Below, one piece after another: positions 1 through 13,340 of a stretch of 64,000 nt of DNA (its first letter is position 1; the number at the start of each line of letters is the position of its first letter). The stretch lies in assembly GCF_018350175.1 (NCBI RefSeq), contig NC_058368.1:55058001-55122000 (forward strand), written 5' to 3'. The position numbers and the translations under genes were made by a program. This DNA comes from Felis catus. Taxonomy: Eukaryota. The notes under the pieces are model-generated. The model had not been told where the DNA came from. It made no database searches and worked only from the letters and a program-made list of their open reading frames with translations.

Positions 1-372
1 AAGAATGAAGTTTAAAAAAAGTCACACTTTTCTTTATTAATAAAACGTACATATAAATTAAGATGCTAATGAAAATTCTTAGAGAAACTGTACATGTTAA
101 ATTTATTTTGGATAAGCATCAAAAGAGATTCTTGATGCATATTGGTTAAAGCAAAAAGGAAATAAATTTGACAGGAGCAGTCCATATGATAATTTATCTT
201 CTGACATGAACTTCAACTTATAATTATTTGAAATCACAAGAATTATTTTTTCAAGAAACTGTCAGTATACACGTTCATAAACTTTGAAAACAGCAGATGC
301 AGCTAAAGACAGATAACCACACCAAAAATAGAAATCTTGAAAAAAAAACATCCATAGAAGTTGTTATACGTA

Positions 373-598
373 GGGGCGCCTGGGTGGCCCAGTCTGTTAA
401 GCATCAGACTTCGGCTGAGGTCATGGCCTCTCGGTTTGTGGGATCGAGCCCCACATCGGGCTTGGTGCTGACAGCTCAGAGCCTGGAGCCTGCTTGGGAT
501 TCTGTGTCTCCCTCTCTCTTGGCTCCTTTCCCTCTTGCTTGCTCTCTCTCTCTCTCTCTCTCTCAAAAATAAACACTAAAAGAATTTTTTTTTAAAAA
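373..598 (+). mobile_element. Can-SINE (SINEC_Fc-type)
   Basis: GGGGCGCCTGGGTGGC head, (CT)n tract, AATAAA/A tail; near-TSD agaagttgttatacgta (356) / agaggttgttatatata (599). Confidence 0.95.
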
Positions 599-2344
599 AG
601 AGGTTGTTATATATATTTAATATTCAGTGACTGCTTTTAATGGGCAATCATGTATTATCTAAATACACTATATTCTTATTTTTTCCCCATCACTGAAATG
701 CTAAGTTTTTAAAAATTGTTTTCACTATATTCTTACTTTAAGACTCCAGAGACTTCAATAAAAAAGATATGTGTGGCTCTGTGTAGGGAGATAAATGTCC
801 CAAAATATCCAATGTTATGGTTACAGGAAATCTTCTTAATAACTGAAATCTACGACATGAACTCTAAAATAAAATTTTATATTAAGGCTTAAGTGTGGAT
901 TCACATGTAATCACCTTCCTTATTAATAATATACTAAAACATAATGCATTTTAATTTACAAAGTACTTTTCTTTTGTACCTACTGGCCTATTACAACTAC
1001 AGCTCAAAAAGTAATTATTCTTGTAAACAGATCAAAGTATGTCTTAATTCTTCAATACAATTTAATTTAAATGACATACTGTCCTATTTATATAATATAA
1101 TATTGTCTTTGGCCTATAGCTAGGAGCATGGCTTGAGTTTTAATGAAATTAAGCAAAGCAATACTATAATAGCAAAAGGATTTAAATATACTGTTTTCTT
1201 TAATTCCTGTATTTTTCATTCTTTTACGTTTGTATTCTTGGCCCTGAATGATATATTTATAAGCCCGTAGCTATTATGATCATATTCATATTGTGCAGGG
1301 AATAATGCAAGAAAAATTTGAAATGGTGTGTTTAAGAGCCTCACAGGGACATTTATATCTATCTTCTTAGAACTTAAAGCTTATTTTATTTTTTTGTTGC
1401 CTCTAGTTTGTAGCAATTCAGCACTATGTGAAGACTCAGCTCTAGGTAGGCAAGTAACCTCAATATCTCATACAAAAGTTAGTCAATTATACATTTTTCA
1501 TAAAGTGCATTTTAACAGGCCTCATTATAAACAGGAATGCAGTAGTTTGATTTAACTGAAATGTGCAACTTCCTTTATAGAATTTATTTTTTCAGTTCTT
1601 GTATCTGACATAATGGTGAAGCATCTTATATAAAAGTTTTTTTTTTAATTCTTACAGATTTTTGCTTATATGAAAGTATTACAAAGAAAAAAAGCCTCAA
1701 GGTCTCAAGTTCCAAAGAGACTATTAAGAGGAAGATGATGATAGTTCGAGGTATTTCCTTATAATTACTCAGATGTTTTGGATACAGTTTGACATGTCCT
1801 GATTTCTTTTTCTTATTTCTTAATCTCAAAATTTGAATCCAGCAGGAAATTTAATCTCTTGCTCTCACCTTTTGATCTTATATTTGCTTCTTCCCACTGT
1901 CAGAGCCCTGGTATAGTCCTGATGATATCATCCTTTCTATATTGCTTGACATGTTTAGCTGATTATATAGTCTCTAACATCTTGTCCTTCTAAGCCATAA
2001 TTAACAGAAAATAATTGATATTAAACTATTTTAATTAAATAAATTTCAATTCATTTTGAGCTGAAAACAATCCTTTAAAAATATTAAGTACAATAGAATC
2101 CTCTATCTTTTACAAATAAATGTGACACTCCTGGGCTTCTCGTAGGTCTTCAATAAGTACGGAGAAGCCCAAAAACAGGAGAGAAAAAAACAGATCTGCA
2201 ACAGGATGATGCAATAACATATTTTAGAAAGAAATATTATTAGCAACAATACATATTTTAGAAAGAAAACAAAAGCAAAAATATGTTAAAAAAACAAAAC
2301 TATAGAAATACCAAAAACTGTAGAAGAGAGATAATAGGAACAAC

Positions 2345-2625
2345 CTACAACATGGCTTTCCCTACCATCTTGGTACTTATGCTAGATACTACCACTGTTT
2401 GCCAATACCTAAGTTCCACTCTCCAATCTATTTCTGAGCACACTGGAACATTACAGTTACCTTGATAAGGTATAACATACTCTGCTGAATAAAACATGAG
2501 TGACAGTGATATGTAGTACTTGCAGGCAGGAAACATTTAACAAGAAGTAGATAGACATCTACAGAGTGTGGAAAAGAAATAAACTTTGGTGTTTCTAAAA
2601 TATTGATATTTAGGAGTTACTGCAG
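2345..2625 (+). mobile_element. Old MaLR (MLT1-like) LTR remnant
   Basis: MLT1-type 3' end: gaaataaactttggtgtttctaaaatattgatatttaggagttactgcag. Confidence 0.5.
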
Positions 2626-3247
2626 TCTATATTGGTCAATATAGTACTCTAAAGTCTATTTTTCAGCTCCTGATTAAGAAATACGTATTTTTCATTGCTT
2701 TAGCTGTTTGTTTTGAATCTGGGATCTGTGTAAGGCAACAGTAAGACAATATAAAGGCAAAGACATTAAATCCATCAAATGATAAACCTTGGAGACAGGA
2801 AATTGTATACAACTTTCAGTCTCCTATTCCTAAAGTGATAACATCTGACTTAAAAGCTATATGTTATAAATAATCTCAATCATATCCACAAAACCTGAGT
2901 TGACCAAACATTCTGTAACTGACATCATCTATCATCATCTCATTTTCATTTGCTTACCCATTTATTACAAGAAAAGCTTGTTAAATTGTGAAATATCATA
3001 AAATAGCATGATGCACTTTAGACATCCTCTGATAACTAGCAGTTAAATCAAATCTTGCTTCCAGTACATGAGTCCATCATTTAGTCAAGTATTTTGGAAC
3101 CCTTTCCATCAATAAGGGTTGAATCAGAAAATCTAACAATTCATTCCTTATACACTTAGATTGAGATTTTATTATAGATACAATTATAAGCATAAAATAA
3201 AGTAAGTATTAAAGTAATTAGTAAGTAATAAAGTTAAGAGTTGATTT

Positions 3248-3481
3248 GGGGTGCCTGGGTAGCTCAGTTGGTTAAGCATCTGACTCTTGATTTCAGCTCA
3301 AGTCACAATCTCACAGTTCATGGGTTCAAGCCCTGCACTGGACTCTTCACTGACAGCGTGGAGCCTGCTTGGGATTCTCTGTCTCCCTCTCTCTCTGCCC
3401 TCCCCCCCCCACTCATGTTCTCTCTTTCTCCGTCTCTCCCGAAAATTACAAACATTTAAAAAATAAAATAAATTTTTTAAA
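3248..3481 (+). mobile_element. Can-SINE
   Basis: Typical head, CT tract and A tail; TSD aagttaagagttgattt / aagttaaaagttgattt. Confidence 0.95.
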
Positions 3482-3538
3482 AAGTTAAAAGTTGATTTAT
3501 ATATTGTTTCCTTAAGACACAAGCATATATAGGCAACA

Positions 3539-3723
3539 TTTTTTTTTTCTTGAGAGCCTGCATGTGTGCATGTGCAAGCAGGAAGGGGCAGAAGAAGAGG
3601 GAGAAAGAGAATACTAAGCAGGGTCCATGCTCAGCACAGAGCCTAATCTCACCACTGTGAGATCATGACCTGAGCTAAAATTAAGAGTCAGATGCTTAAC
3701 CGAATGAACCACCCAGGAACCCC
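3539..3723 (-). mobile_element. Can-SINE (diverged)
   Basis: Reverse-complement head ccacccaggaacccc, gagatcatgacctgagc, T tract at left. Confidence 0.9.
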
Positions 3724-3754
3724 AGCAATATTTTAAAGTTTTAGGGCTTGAAGG

Positions 3755-3915
3755 AACTCTGGAGTTGGACTGCCTAGTTAAAATGGCATAGCACTTCTTA
3801 TCAACTGTGTGACCTTGGGAAGTATAATTCATACCCTACTTTATGATTTCCTCATACTGCAAATGAGAATAAAGACAGTATCTATTCCATATGGACAGTC
3901 TGAGGATTAAATGAA
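3755..3915 (+). mobile_element. MIR SINE relic
   Basis: MIR core ctgtgtgaccttgggaagt...tttcctcatactgcaaatgagaataa...tgaggattaaatga. Confidence 0.75.
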
Positions 3916-4252
3916 CTGAGATAATTGTAATCCCTAAGAGCAGAGTGATTCCTCAATATTTATTAACTACTGATACTGGTAATTTTTGAACAGGAAAAAG
4001 ATTATGGTAAGAGATGATTCAAAAGGAGGTAAGTCTGAATGGATATTTAATTGTTCAAAACTATCCTTTTGTATCATACTATGATACTAGAGAACACAGG
4101 TTTTATTATATTCCCATAGAACTGAGGGTCAACTGAAACATCTTATGATCAAAATTTTTCAATATTCAAATTCCATTGGTGCTAATTTTTTTTAATTCTT
4201 AAAAAAAATAATAATAAATATGAAGATCTGGGCATTGAAATTAAAACTACCC

Positions 4253-5573
4253 CAAATCAACAACCTCCCAATGAACAAAAGTCCAGGATCAAACGACTTC
4301 ACTGGTGAGTTCTACCAAACATTGAAAGAAAAAATAATACTTTATCTTTCTCAAATTCTTCCAAAAAAAATTAAAGAGGAGGGAACACTTCCAAGCTTAT
4401 TTTATGAAGCTATCATTACCCAGATACCAAAACCAAACAAGGATACCACAAGAAAAAAATTACAGGCCAATGTCCCTAGTGAATATAAATGTAAAAATCC
4501 TCAACAAAATATTAGCAAACTAAATCCAACAATACATTAAAAGAATCCTACACCATGATCAAAAGAGATTTATTTTAGGGATGCAAGAATGGTTTGACAT
4601 CCATAAAATCAGTCAACTTGATATGCCACATTAACAAAATAAAAAATAAAAGTCCCATGCCTATCTTAATAGATGCAAAAAAGCATCTGACAAAATTCAA
4701 CAGCCATTTATGAGAAAACTTTCAACAAAGTGGGTATAGGAGAAACATACCTCAACATAATAAAGGCCAATATGACAAACCCATAGCAAACAACATGCTC
4801 AATAGTGAAAAGCTTTTCTTCTAAGCTGAGAAACAACACAAAAATGTCCACACTTACCACTTTTGTTCAACACAGTATTGAAATCCTAGCCATAGTAATT
4901 AGGCAAACAAATAAATAAATAAATAAAATCTAAATAGGAAAGAAGTAAAGCAGTAATTATTTGCAGATGACATGATTCTATATGTATAAAACCCTAAAGA
5001 CTACATCAAAAAAGTCTTAGAATCAATAAATGAATTCAGTAAAGTTTTAGGACACAAAATCAATATACAGAAATTCATAGTGTTTCTAAACACTAATAAC
5101 AAACTACCAGAAAGAGAATTAAGAATACCATCCCAGTTATAATTGCATCAAAAAGAATATTTAGGAATAAATTTAACCAAAAATGTGAAAGACCTTTACA
5201 CTGAAAACTATTAGACAAAGATGAAATAAAATGAAGAAGAAACAAATATATGGAAAGATATTCCATGCTCATGAATTGGAAGAATAGTTAAAATGTCCAT
5301 ATTCCTCAAAGCAATCTACAAATTTAATGCAATCCCTATAAAAACTCCAATGGCATTTTTCAGAATGAGACAATCCAAAAATTCTAAAATTTGTATGGAA
5401 CCACAGAGACCCAGAATAGCCAAAGTACTCTTGAAAAAGAGAACAAAGCTAGAGGTATATTATGCTCCCTGATTTTACTACATTGCAATGCCACAGTAAT
5501 CAAAACAGTCTGGACTGGCATAAAAACAACATACAAATCAATAGAAGAGAATGGAGAGCCCAGAAATAAACAT

Positions 5574-5611
<38 letters not shown>

Positions 5612-5622
5612 ATATAGACAAT

Positions 5623-5673
<51 letters not shown>

Positions 5674-6995
5674 TCAATTAATTTACAACAAAAGACACAA
5701 GTCTATACAATGAGGAAAGGACAGTCTCTTCAATAAATGGTGCTGGGAAAACCAGTCAGTCATGTACAAGAGAATGAAACTGAGCCACTATTTTACATCA
5801 TATACAAAAATGAATTCAAAATGGATTAAAGATTTGAATATAAGATTTATATTCAAATCTTTATAATCCAGATACGAGAAGAAAACATAAACAGCAAGCT
5901 CTGTGGCACCACACTTGGCATTATTTCTTTTGGATCTGACTCTGAAGGCAATGACAATGAAAACAAAAATAAACATATTGGTCTCTATCACACTAAAAAG
6001 TTTCTGCACAGCTAAGGAAAGCATCAACAAAATTAAAAGACAACCTTCTGAATGGGAGAAGATATAATATCCATATAGCCATTATCCAATATCATATCAT
6101 ATATCCAATAAGGGGCTAATATCCAAACTATATAAAGAACTCATACAATTCAAAAACAAAACAAACAATCCAATTAAAAACCAGGCACAGGATCTGACAA
6201 TTTTTTCCAAAGAACACATACAGATGGCCAACAGCCACATGAAAAGATGCTCAACATCACTCATCATCAGGGAAATGCAAATCAAAACAATGAGATATAA
6301 TTTCACATCTGTCAGAATGGCTATTATCAAAAGTCAAGAAATAACATGTGTTGGCAAGGATGTAGAGAAAAGGGAACACTCATATACTGTTGGTGGGAAC
6401 ATAAACTGGCTCAGCCACTATTGAAAACATGATGGAGATTCCTCAAAATAAATTAAAAACAGAACCACCATATGATCCAGCAATTCTACTTCTGGGCATT
6501 TATTCAAAGAAAATGAAAACAAACTAAAAAAAGTAATGCACCCCCACGTTCATTGCAGCATTATTTACATTAGCCAAGATATGGAAATAATTTGCACGCA
6601 TAAATGGAGGAATGTTGACATGGTATAAACATACCAGGGAATAGTACTCAGCCATAAAAAAGAAGAAAATTTTGTCATCTACAATCACATGGATGGACCC
6701 TAAAGGTATTATACTAAATAAGCCAGGCAGCGAAAAACAACTGCCATATGATTTCACATACGTGTGAAATCTAAACCAAAGCAAACAAAAATTACAGATA
6801 CAGAGAAAAGATTGGTGGTTATCAGATGGGAAGAGGGTGGGGGTGGCCTAGGAGAGAAGGTGAGAGGAGTCAATTGTATGGTAACAGATGGTAACAAGAC
6901 TTATTGTGATCACTTTGTATTCAATGCAAATATCAAATTATGCTATATACCTGAAAATAATGTCATACCAAGTTTACTTCAATTAAAAATTAAAT
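4253..6995 (+). mobile_element. 5'-truncated LINE-1 (degenerate ORF2 RT/C-terminal region plus 3' UTR)
   Basis: Peptides KSPGSNDFTGEFYQTLKE, LPSLFYEAIITQIPKPNKD and [17 protein letters not shown] are L1 ORF2-like; many stops and frameshifts; A-rich 3' end. Confidence 0.95.
5576..5671. repeat. Compound (TG)n/(TA)n microsatellite inside L1
   Basis: Directly visible. Confidence 0.95.
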
Positions 6996-7307
6996 AAAAT
7001 TACACTTAAGAAGTGTCTATGGAACCAAATGAGTTTTTTTCAACCTCCATTCTTTCCAAGTTCTATTTTAATAGGCTTCAAATACTTTTATTCTTTATCC
7101 CCTTCATTATTATGATAACCATTTTCTAAATTAATGCAATCATTTTTTTTTCAGTATAGAGACTGCATAAAGTACTCTCTTTGTTCCTAGAGACACAAAG
7201 AAATTGGAAGGAGTATCTGTCCTCAGAGAGCTTAGACATTTAATTAGGCAGAAAGAATGTAAAAACATAATTCTAATACTGCAAGACAATTGTTAGAGCT
7301 TAACTCA

Positions 7308-7471
7308 GGTGGCTGGGTGGCTATCTGACTCTTGATTTCGACTCAGGTCATGATCTCATGGTTCGTGAGATCAAGCCTCAGGTAGGGCTCTGTGCTGACA
7401 GCAAGGAACCTGCTTGGGATTCTCTTTCCCTCTCTCTCTGACCCTCGTTCACTTAAAACATTTTTTAAAAA
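7308..7471 (+). mobile_element. Can-SINE (partial)
   Basis: ctgactcttgatttcgactcaggtcatgatctc...cctgcttgggattctc. Confidence 0.9.
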
Positions 7472-9039
7472 TAGAGACAGATTTACAAAGGAAATCTAGT
7501 CATATTTAATGGGTAGCCAAGTAAGACTAGCAAAGGAGGAGAGGCCTAAGCTGTATTTTGGTTGATGAACAGGCACTTCACAGGATAAAGGGTAAACATG
7601 GAAGGAAGGGAGTTGAGACAAGTCCTGATTCCTAGTATAAGAAGCAGGGCCACCAGCACAAAAGACCCAGAGCATCTAAAAATCAGCCAGTGTTTGTTAC
7701 AAGGGTTACAACTGGAAGAATGTGGTGGGTGCAGACCTTGAAGGGCCTTGTACCACCATTTAAAAAAACTTAGTGTTTATTCTCTAAATTATGGAGAGCC
7801 ATTGAATATTTTATTGGATGTAAAGATGTAATCATATTACAGAGATACTGAAATAACAGTATTGGCAGGCTTCAGTATCTAACCGATTAGATACGGAGGG
7901 AATGGGAGTCTTCAAAGGCTTGTTGGTTCCTGGCTTGCACTGGGTAGTACTAAATTAGACTCACTATAAAAATAGTGTAGTAAAACAAACAACAGGTTTG
8001 CATTTAATGACAAAACACAATAAAAACCGTTAGACTATATAATTTGGATTTGTTATAGGCACTAACTACCCTACATCTTTATTCAGGAAAAATATCTGGT
8101 TCTGAAAGTTTACCTGATTAGTTATATATGTACAAAGGTGGTTTATTTAAAACAAAATAAGGCAGTACTCAAAGCACTTTACCAAATGCAAGAACAACAG
8201 TTCAACATCAAATTATTCAGTACTCACCTTAATATGTACTATGTAATAATTGTTACTGTAATAGAATCCGCTTTCAACTCTTAATTTTCTAAACAGTTCA
8301 AGTCTGACTTTTTGAGGTAATAGGTGAGATGAGACACCATCATAAAATGTAATATAGAATTACCATTCCATTTCCAGGGGCATGCTGAATGAACTTATAA
8401 TAGGCCATGTCTAGGAGTTACAAAAGGCTAGGTATCAGATTTTACAGCTGAAGAAGCTCTAGCAATGTGCCAAAGTTATTCTTAATGTGAAGTTATGCAG
8501 AAACTATCACAGGTTGGAAAATTCCACTTAGCACAATAGAACATACACAGCAACCTAGTAATATAAGAGTAGGGCTTGCTGTAACACACCATTACAGAGA
8601 AACTTAGTTCTCAAGAGTCTGCTGTTTGTGTTTCGAGTATAAACCACATGTTCTTTCTTTCTCTTTAATTCTTACAATTTTCTGTAATTCTGAAAGTGTT
8701 TCAAAATGTAAATAAATGAACTAGTAGCTTTGAAAGAAATGGAATAAATTTGCTATTTTTGACTTCTTGTCTGTAATTAAAGGAAATGGAAGAAAAAAAT
8801 GTAGGAGTTAATTTTAAATTCTCTCTACCTTTGCATGTGCTTGAAATTTATATCACATATTTTAAGAATGTATTATTTTCTTAATTTTTTCTACATGGCA
8901 TAAATGATCAAAGTTTCAAATCTAGGATATAGAAAATATAGCATTCCAGAATGACCATTTTCAAAACTCATTGAAATTCTTTACACTTCTATATCAATTA
9001 CACTGTTTAAATATATTCATATACACAAACACGCTCAAT

Positions 9040-9830
9040 AAACAGTTGCAAGAATAATACAAGTAACTTCCATATACCCATCAACCAGAGACCTTCCAAT
9101 TGTCCCAATACTGTTTTTGTTTTGTAGCAGAAGAATCCAAGCCAGAATCACAATGTGCACTCACTTCATATGTCTTTCTAGTTTCCCACAATCTGAAATA
9201 TCTCCTTGGCTCTTTCTTGGCTTTCATGATCACAAAATTTTTAGCACAAAACAATAATTTGGTAACATATCTATGTGTATTTATGGAGTACCACCATTGA
9301 TTAGGCTCAGGTTATGCACTGTTGGCCAAATTATCACAAAAATTAGCACATGACACCCATTACTGGTGCTATTAACTTGGTTTACTTATGATAGTGTCTG
9401 CCATGTTTCTCCAGTTGTAAAGGGACTTGTTTCCCCAACCCACTGCCACTATAATTAATAAGTGCTTTGTGGCAGGATATGTTGAGACCATGTAAAATCT
9501 CATTTTTCATCCTACCCTAACCCAATGCCAGTTTTAGCATCCATTGATATTTCTTGAATGATTTAGTCATTTATATGGTGTTTGGCAAGTGTGATTTTCT
9601 TTTTTCTTAAATTGTATTTATTTACCTTAAGAGAGAGATATATCCCAAGCAGACACCATGCTCAAATTCACAAACTGTGAGATTATGATCTGAGATGACA
9701 TCCAGAGTTGGACACTTAACCAACTGAGCCACCTAGGCACCCCTCAAGTGTGATTTTCTAATTTAATCTGTTATTTTACATTTACTAGTTTGTATTCTAT
9801 AGCAAGGAAGAGATTTTACTCTTCTCTATT
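9040..9830 (-). mobile_element. Old L1M(C)-type 3' fragment interrupted by a SINE
   Basis: Resembles the antisense 3' end of ancient L1MC elements (agttgcaagaataatacaagtaacttccatataccc). Confidence 0.55.
9601..9743 (-). mobile_element. Can-SINE (internally deleted)
   Basis: ttaaccaactgagccacctaggcacccc; exact TSD caagtgtgattttct at 9586 and 9745. Confidence 0.9.
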
Positions 9831-10103
9831 TATTATTTTATTTTATTAAGTATAAATATATATTTACATTCATATATAAGTATACATATTATATATTTAT
9901 ATAATTATAAATAAATTTATAATAAATTTATTATTTTATCTTACTAATATCAGTATTTCTATTCTAGAAATCCCTATATTTCTATTTTATTCAATAGGTA
10001 AAAAAAAAAAATTACTAATAGTATTTTTACACTCAAATTGACCTCAGTTTGATAGACTGAAGCTCCCAGAAGCTGACTTCTGTGATCTTTTAAAATGTCT
10101 CCA

Positions 10104-10310
10104 GGGGAGCCTGGGTGGGCCAATCAGTTGAGCATCCGACTTTGGCTCAAGTCATGATCTCAGGGTTTGTGGGGCTGAGCCCATGTCAGGCTCTGTGCTG
10201 ATAGCTTGGAGCCTGGGGCCTGCTTGGGATTCTGTGTCTTCCTCTCTCTCTGCCTCTCCCGTGCTCACCCTCTGTGTCTCTCTCAAAATAAATACCCATA
10301 TATATTTTTT
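10104..10310 (+). mobile_element. Can-SINE
   Basis: Typical body; TSD aatgtctcca / aatctctcca. Confidence 0.92.
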
Positions 10311-10777
10311 AATCTCTCCACTATTTTATGAGCAATTCCTTAATTTTCTCACAAAACAAGTTATTCCAGGTTTAAATTATTCTTTCCTTGCTTTGGTCTA
10401 AGAAACTATAACTTCTCAAGGTATTTAGAAACCAAGGTCAAGAGCTCATCTAGGTATGTGAATTGTTATCCCCAGGTACCCTCAGAAGGAGAAGAATGGA
10501 AAGGAGGGAGGGAAGAAACTGAAAGAGAGAAGAAGAGAGGCTCTTCTTTTATTTGGATGTATATTAAAGTATATTATTGACATCTTGGGATTACATCCCT
10601 GTATATATTACAGGATATATCTCTAAAAGTCATAAAGTTTATACAGACTTCATATAACACCCAGGACATGATAAAATACCATGGATTGACTCAAAAATGT
10701 CTTTTTCAAGTTAATATATTCATGGGAGTATAATTGGTATACCCCCATCATAGTCTCTATTAAAATGTCCAAGTTTA

Positions 10778-10944
10778 GGGGTGCATCCTACTCTTGATTT
10801 CAGCTCAGGTCATGACCTCATGGTTTGTGAGATCAACCCCCACATCAGTCTCAGAGCTGACAGTGAGGAGCTTGCTTGGGATTTTCTCTTGCGCTCTCTC
10901 TCTGCCCACCCCCCTGCTTGTGCTCTCAAAATGAATAAAGTTTA
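10778..10944 (+). mobile_element. Older Can-SINE
   Basis: ctcttgatttcagctcaggtcatgacctc body with A-rich tail. Confidence 0.9.
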
Positions 10945-10961
10945 AAATAAAGTAAAATGTC

Positions 10962-11171
10962 GGGGCGCCTGGGTGGCGCAGTCGGTTAAGCGTCCGACTT
11001 CAGCCAGGTCACGATCTCGTGGTCCGTGAGTTCGAGCCCTGTGTCAGGTTCTGGGCTGATGGCTCAGAGCCTGGAGCCTGTTTCCGATTCTGTGTCTCCC
11101 TCTCTCTCTGCCCCCTCCCCCATTCATGCTCTCTCTCTGTCCCAAAAATAAATAAACGTTGAAAAAAAAAT
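10962..11171 (+). mobile_element. Young SINEC_Fc-type Can-SINE
   Basis: CpG-intact ggggcgcctgggtggcgcagtcggttaagcgtccgacttcagccagg; exact 17-bp TSD aaataaagtaaaatgtc at 10945 and 11172. Confidence 0.97.
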
Positions 11172-11260
11172 AAATAAAGTAAAATGTCAAAGTTAAATTC
11201 AATGTCATATTTCTTAAATCTCCTTTAAACTCAGAAGTTCTTTTTTTTTTTTTTTTTTTA

Positions 11261-11785
11261 TGTCACTGACTCCTGAAGAATCAAGAGTTAGTTGTGCTTG
11301 ACTAAGGTCTTAACCTTCCCCTCAGCTTGACAAAACTTTAAACAGGTTTCTTCCTGAGTATATACCTCTGACCTCCCTTTCCTTAGAGAATTTACTTTAG
11401 AAAACCTGCTGTTGCCAATTTTGTCTCTACCTCTTTGAGATATAAATCTCAGTCTCTTGCCAGGTCTACAACCCATTAATACCTTTCTAAAAACCTGAGA
11501 GCCATTCCTTTGAAAGGTAATTATCAGGGAAGTTAATGCCCCTATCTCCTAGTCTCAGTGGGAGGGAAGCAGCCAATTAAGCACCAATTAGCAACACTTA
11601 TGGCCTAATCACACTAACCAACTTCCCTGATTACATTCTCCAGTACTTCTCACTAGCTCAGTTTAAGGCTGGAAACTCTCTTATTTCAGCAGAGCTGAGT
11701 TCCATCTCTCTCTCCCCCTATTGCAATAGTCTTGAATAAAGTCTCCCTTCGCATTTAACTTGTACTGTGTAATTCTTCTTTCACA
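11261..11785 (+). mobile_element. Solo ERV-type LTR
   Basis: TG...CA ends, AATAAA followed by gtctccctt in the R/U5 position; ERV1-like composition. Confidence 0.7.
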
Positions 11786-11881
11786 TTAAATAATCTTGTT
11801 CTTTCACATTAAGTAAGCTTGCACTTTCCTCTGGAATCAGCTGTGTGATTCTTTGCATATAGTTTATATCTAGTCCTTCTT

Positions 11882-12231
11882 AGTTATGACTGAACATTTA
11901 TGACCTCAAAATTCATACACTGGAGCCCTAACCCCTAATCTGACGGTATTTTGGAGGTGGGACCTTTGGGAGGTAATTGAGTTCAGATGAGTTTATGAGG
12001 GTGGAGCTCATTTGGATTACTGGCCTTGTAAAAACAGAGCATAGTGCTATCTGCCAAGTGAGGACACAGGAAGGTGGCTGTTTGCAAACCAAGATGAAGG
12101 TCCTTCCTTACCATAACCAGGTATGCTGGCATCCTCATGCCTGACTAGTAGCCTCCAGAATTGTGAGAAAGCAGTTTGTTTTTCAAGCCATCCAGTCATT
12201 GGTATTTTGTTACAACAGCCTGAGCTAACAC
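11882..12231 (+). mobile_element. MaLR LTR (MLT1A-like)
   Basis: ggtattttggaggtgggacctttgggaggtaatt...cctccagaattgtgaga...ggtattttgttacaacagcctgagctaacaca. Confidence 0.85.
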
Positions 12232-12311
12232 ACCTGTGTTTTCCAAACATCTGAAATTAACTATACATTCTTGATTATATTCAGATTCAGTTTATTAATA
12301 AGAATATTTCA

Positions 12312-12544
12312 GGGGGTGCCTGGGTGGCTCAGTCAGTTAAGCGTCCGACTTCGGCTCAGGTCATGATCTCACGGTCCGTGAGTTCGAGCCCCGCGTCGGG
12401 CTCTGTGCTGACAGCTCAGAGCCTGGAGCCTGCTTCGGATTCTGTGTCTCCCTCTCTCTCTGCCCCTCCCCCACTTGTGCTCTGTCTCTTGCGCGCTCTC
12501 TCTCTCTCTCTCTCTCTCAAAAATAAACATTAAAAAAATTAAAA
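12312..12544 (+). mobile_element. Can-SINE
   Basis: Near-consensus body; TSD aagaatatttca at 12300 and 12545. Confidence 0.96.
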
Positions 12545-12589
12545 AAGAATATTTCATAGGTTATTCTATTTACCAATACAGAAGGAACA

Positions 12590-12810
12590 TATTGTGGACT
12601 GAATATTTTCCTGCAAAAAATTCACATGCATGAAGCCCTAATCCCTAATGTGACTGTATTTGGAGAAAGGGTCCTTCAAGAAGTAATTAAATTTAAGGCT
12701 GTAATCCAATAGGACTCATGTCTTTATAAGAGGAAGAGATACCAAGTGTATACACACACAGAGAAAAGGCCTCAGGAGAACAAAGCAAGAAGGTAGCTGT
12801 CTGCCAAGGA
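12590..12810 (+). mobile_element. MaLR LTR (MLT1B-like), partial
   Basis: gaagccctaatccctaatgtgactgtatttggagaaagggtc...taatccaataggact. Confidence 0.75.
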
Positions 12811-13108
12811 GAGAATCACATTCAAATCAGAATCACCTAGAGAGGTTTCAGGCCACCTGATGCCCAGGTGGTACCCAGAGCCAATTAAATCAGAAGCTCT
12901 TGGGCTAGCGTTCAGGCATAAATACTTTTCATCAGCTGAACTGACTTATAAATCACGTGCCATAATATTCACAGATTAAAGTATACTGTTTAATACATAC
13001 AATAGGAACCTAGTCAAGATACAGAACATTTCCATCACTCAATGGAATTTCTTGCTCCTGTGCAGGATGGATCCTGGCAATTTGGATAGCTACTAAAAAC
13101 TTTGTGTA

Positions 13109-13340
13109 GGGGTGCCTGGGTGACTCGGTCGGTTAAGCATCTGACCAGCTCAGGGCATGATCTCATGGTCCATGGATTCCAGCCCGCATTGGGCTCTGTG
13201 CTGACAGCTCAGAGACTGGAGCCTGCTTTGGATTCTGAGTCTCCCTCTCTCTCTCTCTCTCTCTCTCTGCCCCTCTCCCACTTGCATTCTTTCTCTGTCT
13301 CTCAGAAATGAATAAAGGTTGCTTTTAATTAAAAAAAAAA
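13109..13340 (+). mobile_element. Can-SINE
   Basis: Head, (CT)n tract and AATAAA tail. Confidence 0.93.

Noticed and set aside
297..572. ORFs containing GAWVAQSVK...SLEPAWDSVSPSLS here and at many other positions
   Set aside because: These are translations of Can-SINEs, not genes.
4220..4540. 106-aa ORF with reverse-transcriptase-associated motifs
   Set aside because: Fragment of a dead, 5'-truncated L1 ORF2.
8228..8288. Possible minus-strand mini-exon (tttag|...attaag|gtgagt)
   Set aside because: Splice-like signals only; joining it to the 17893 exon gives an immediate TGA, and I see no homology.
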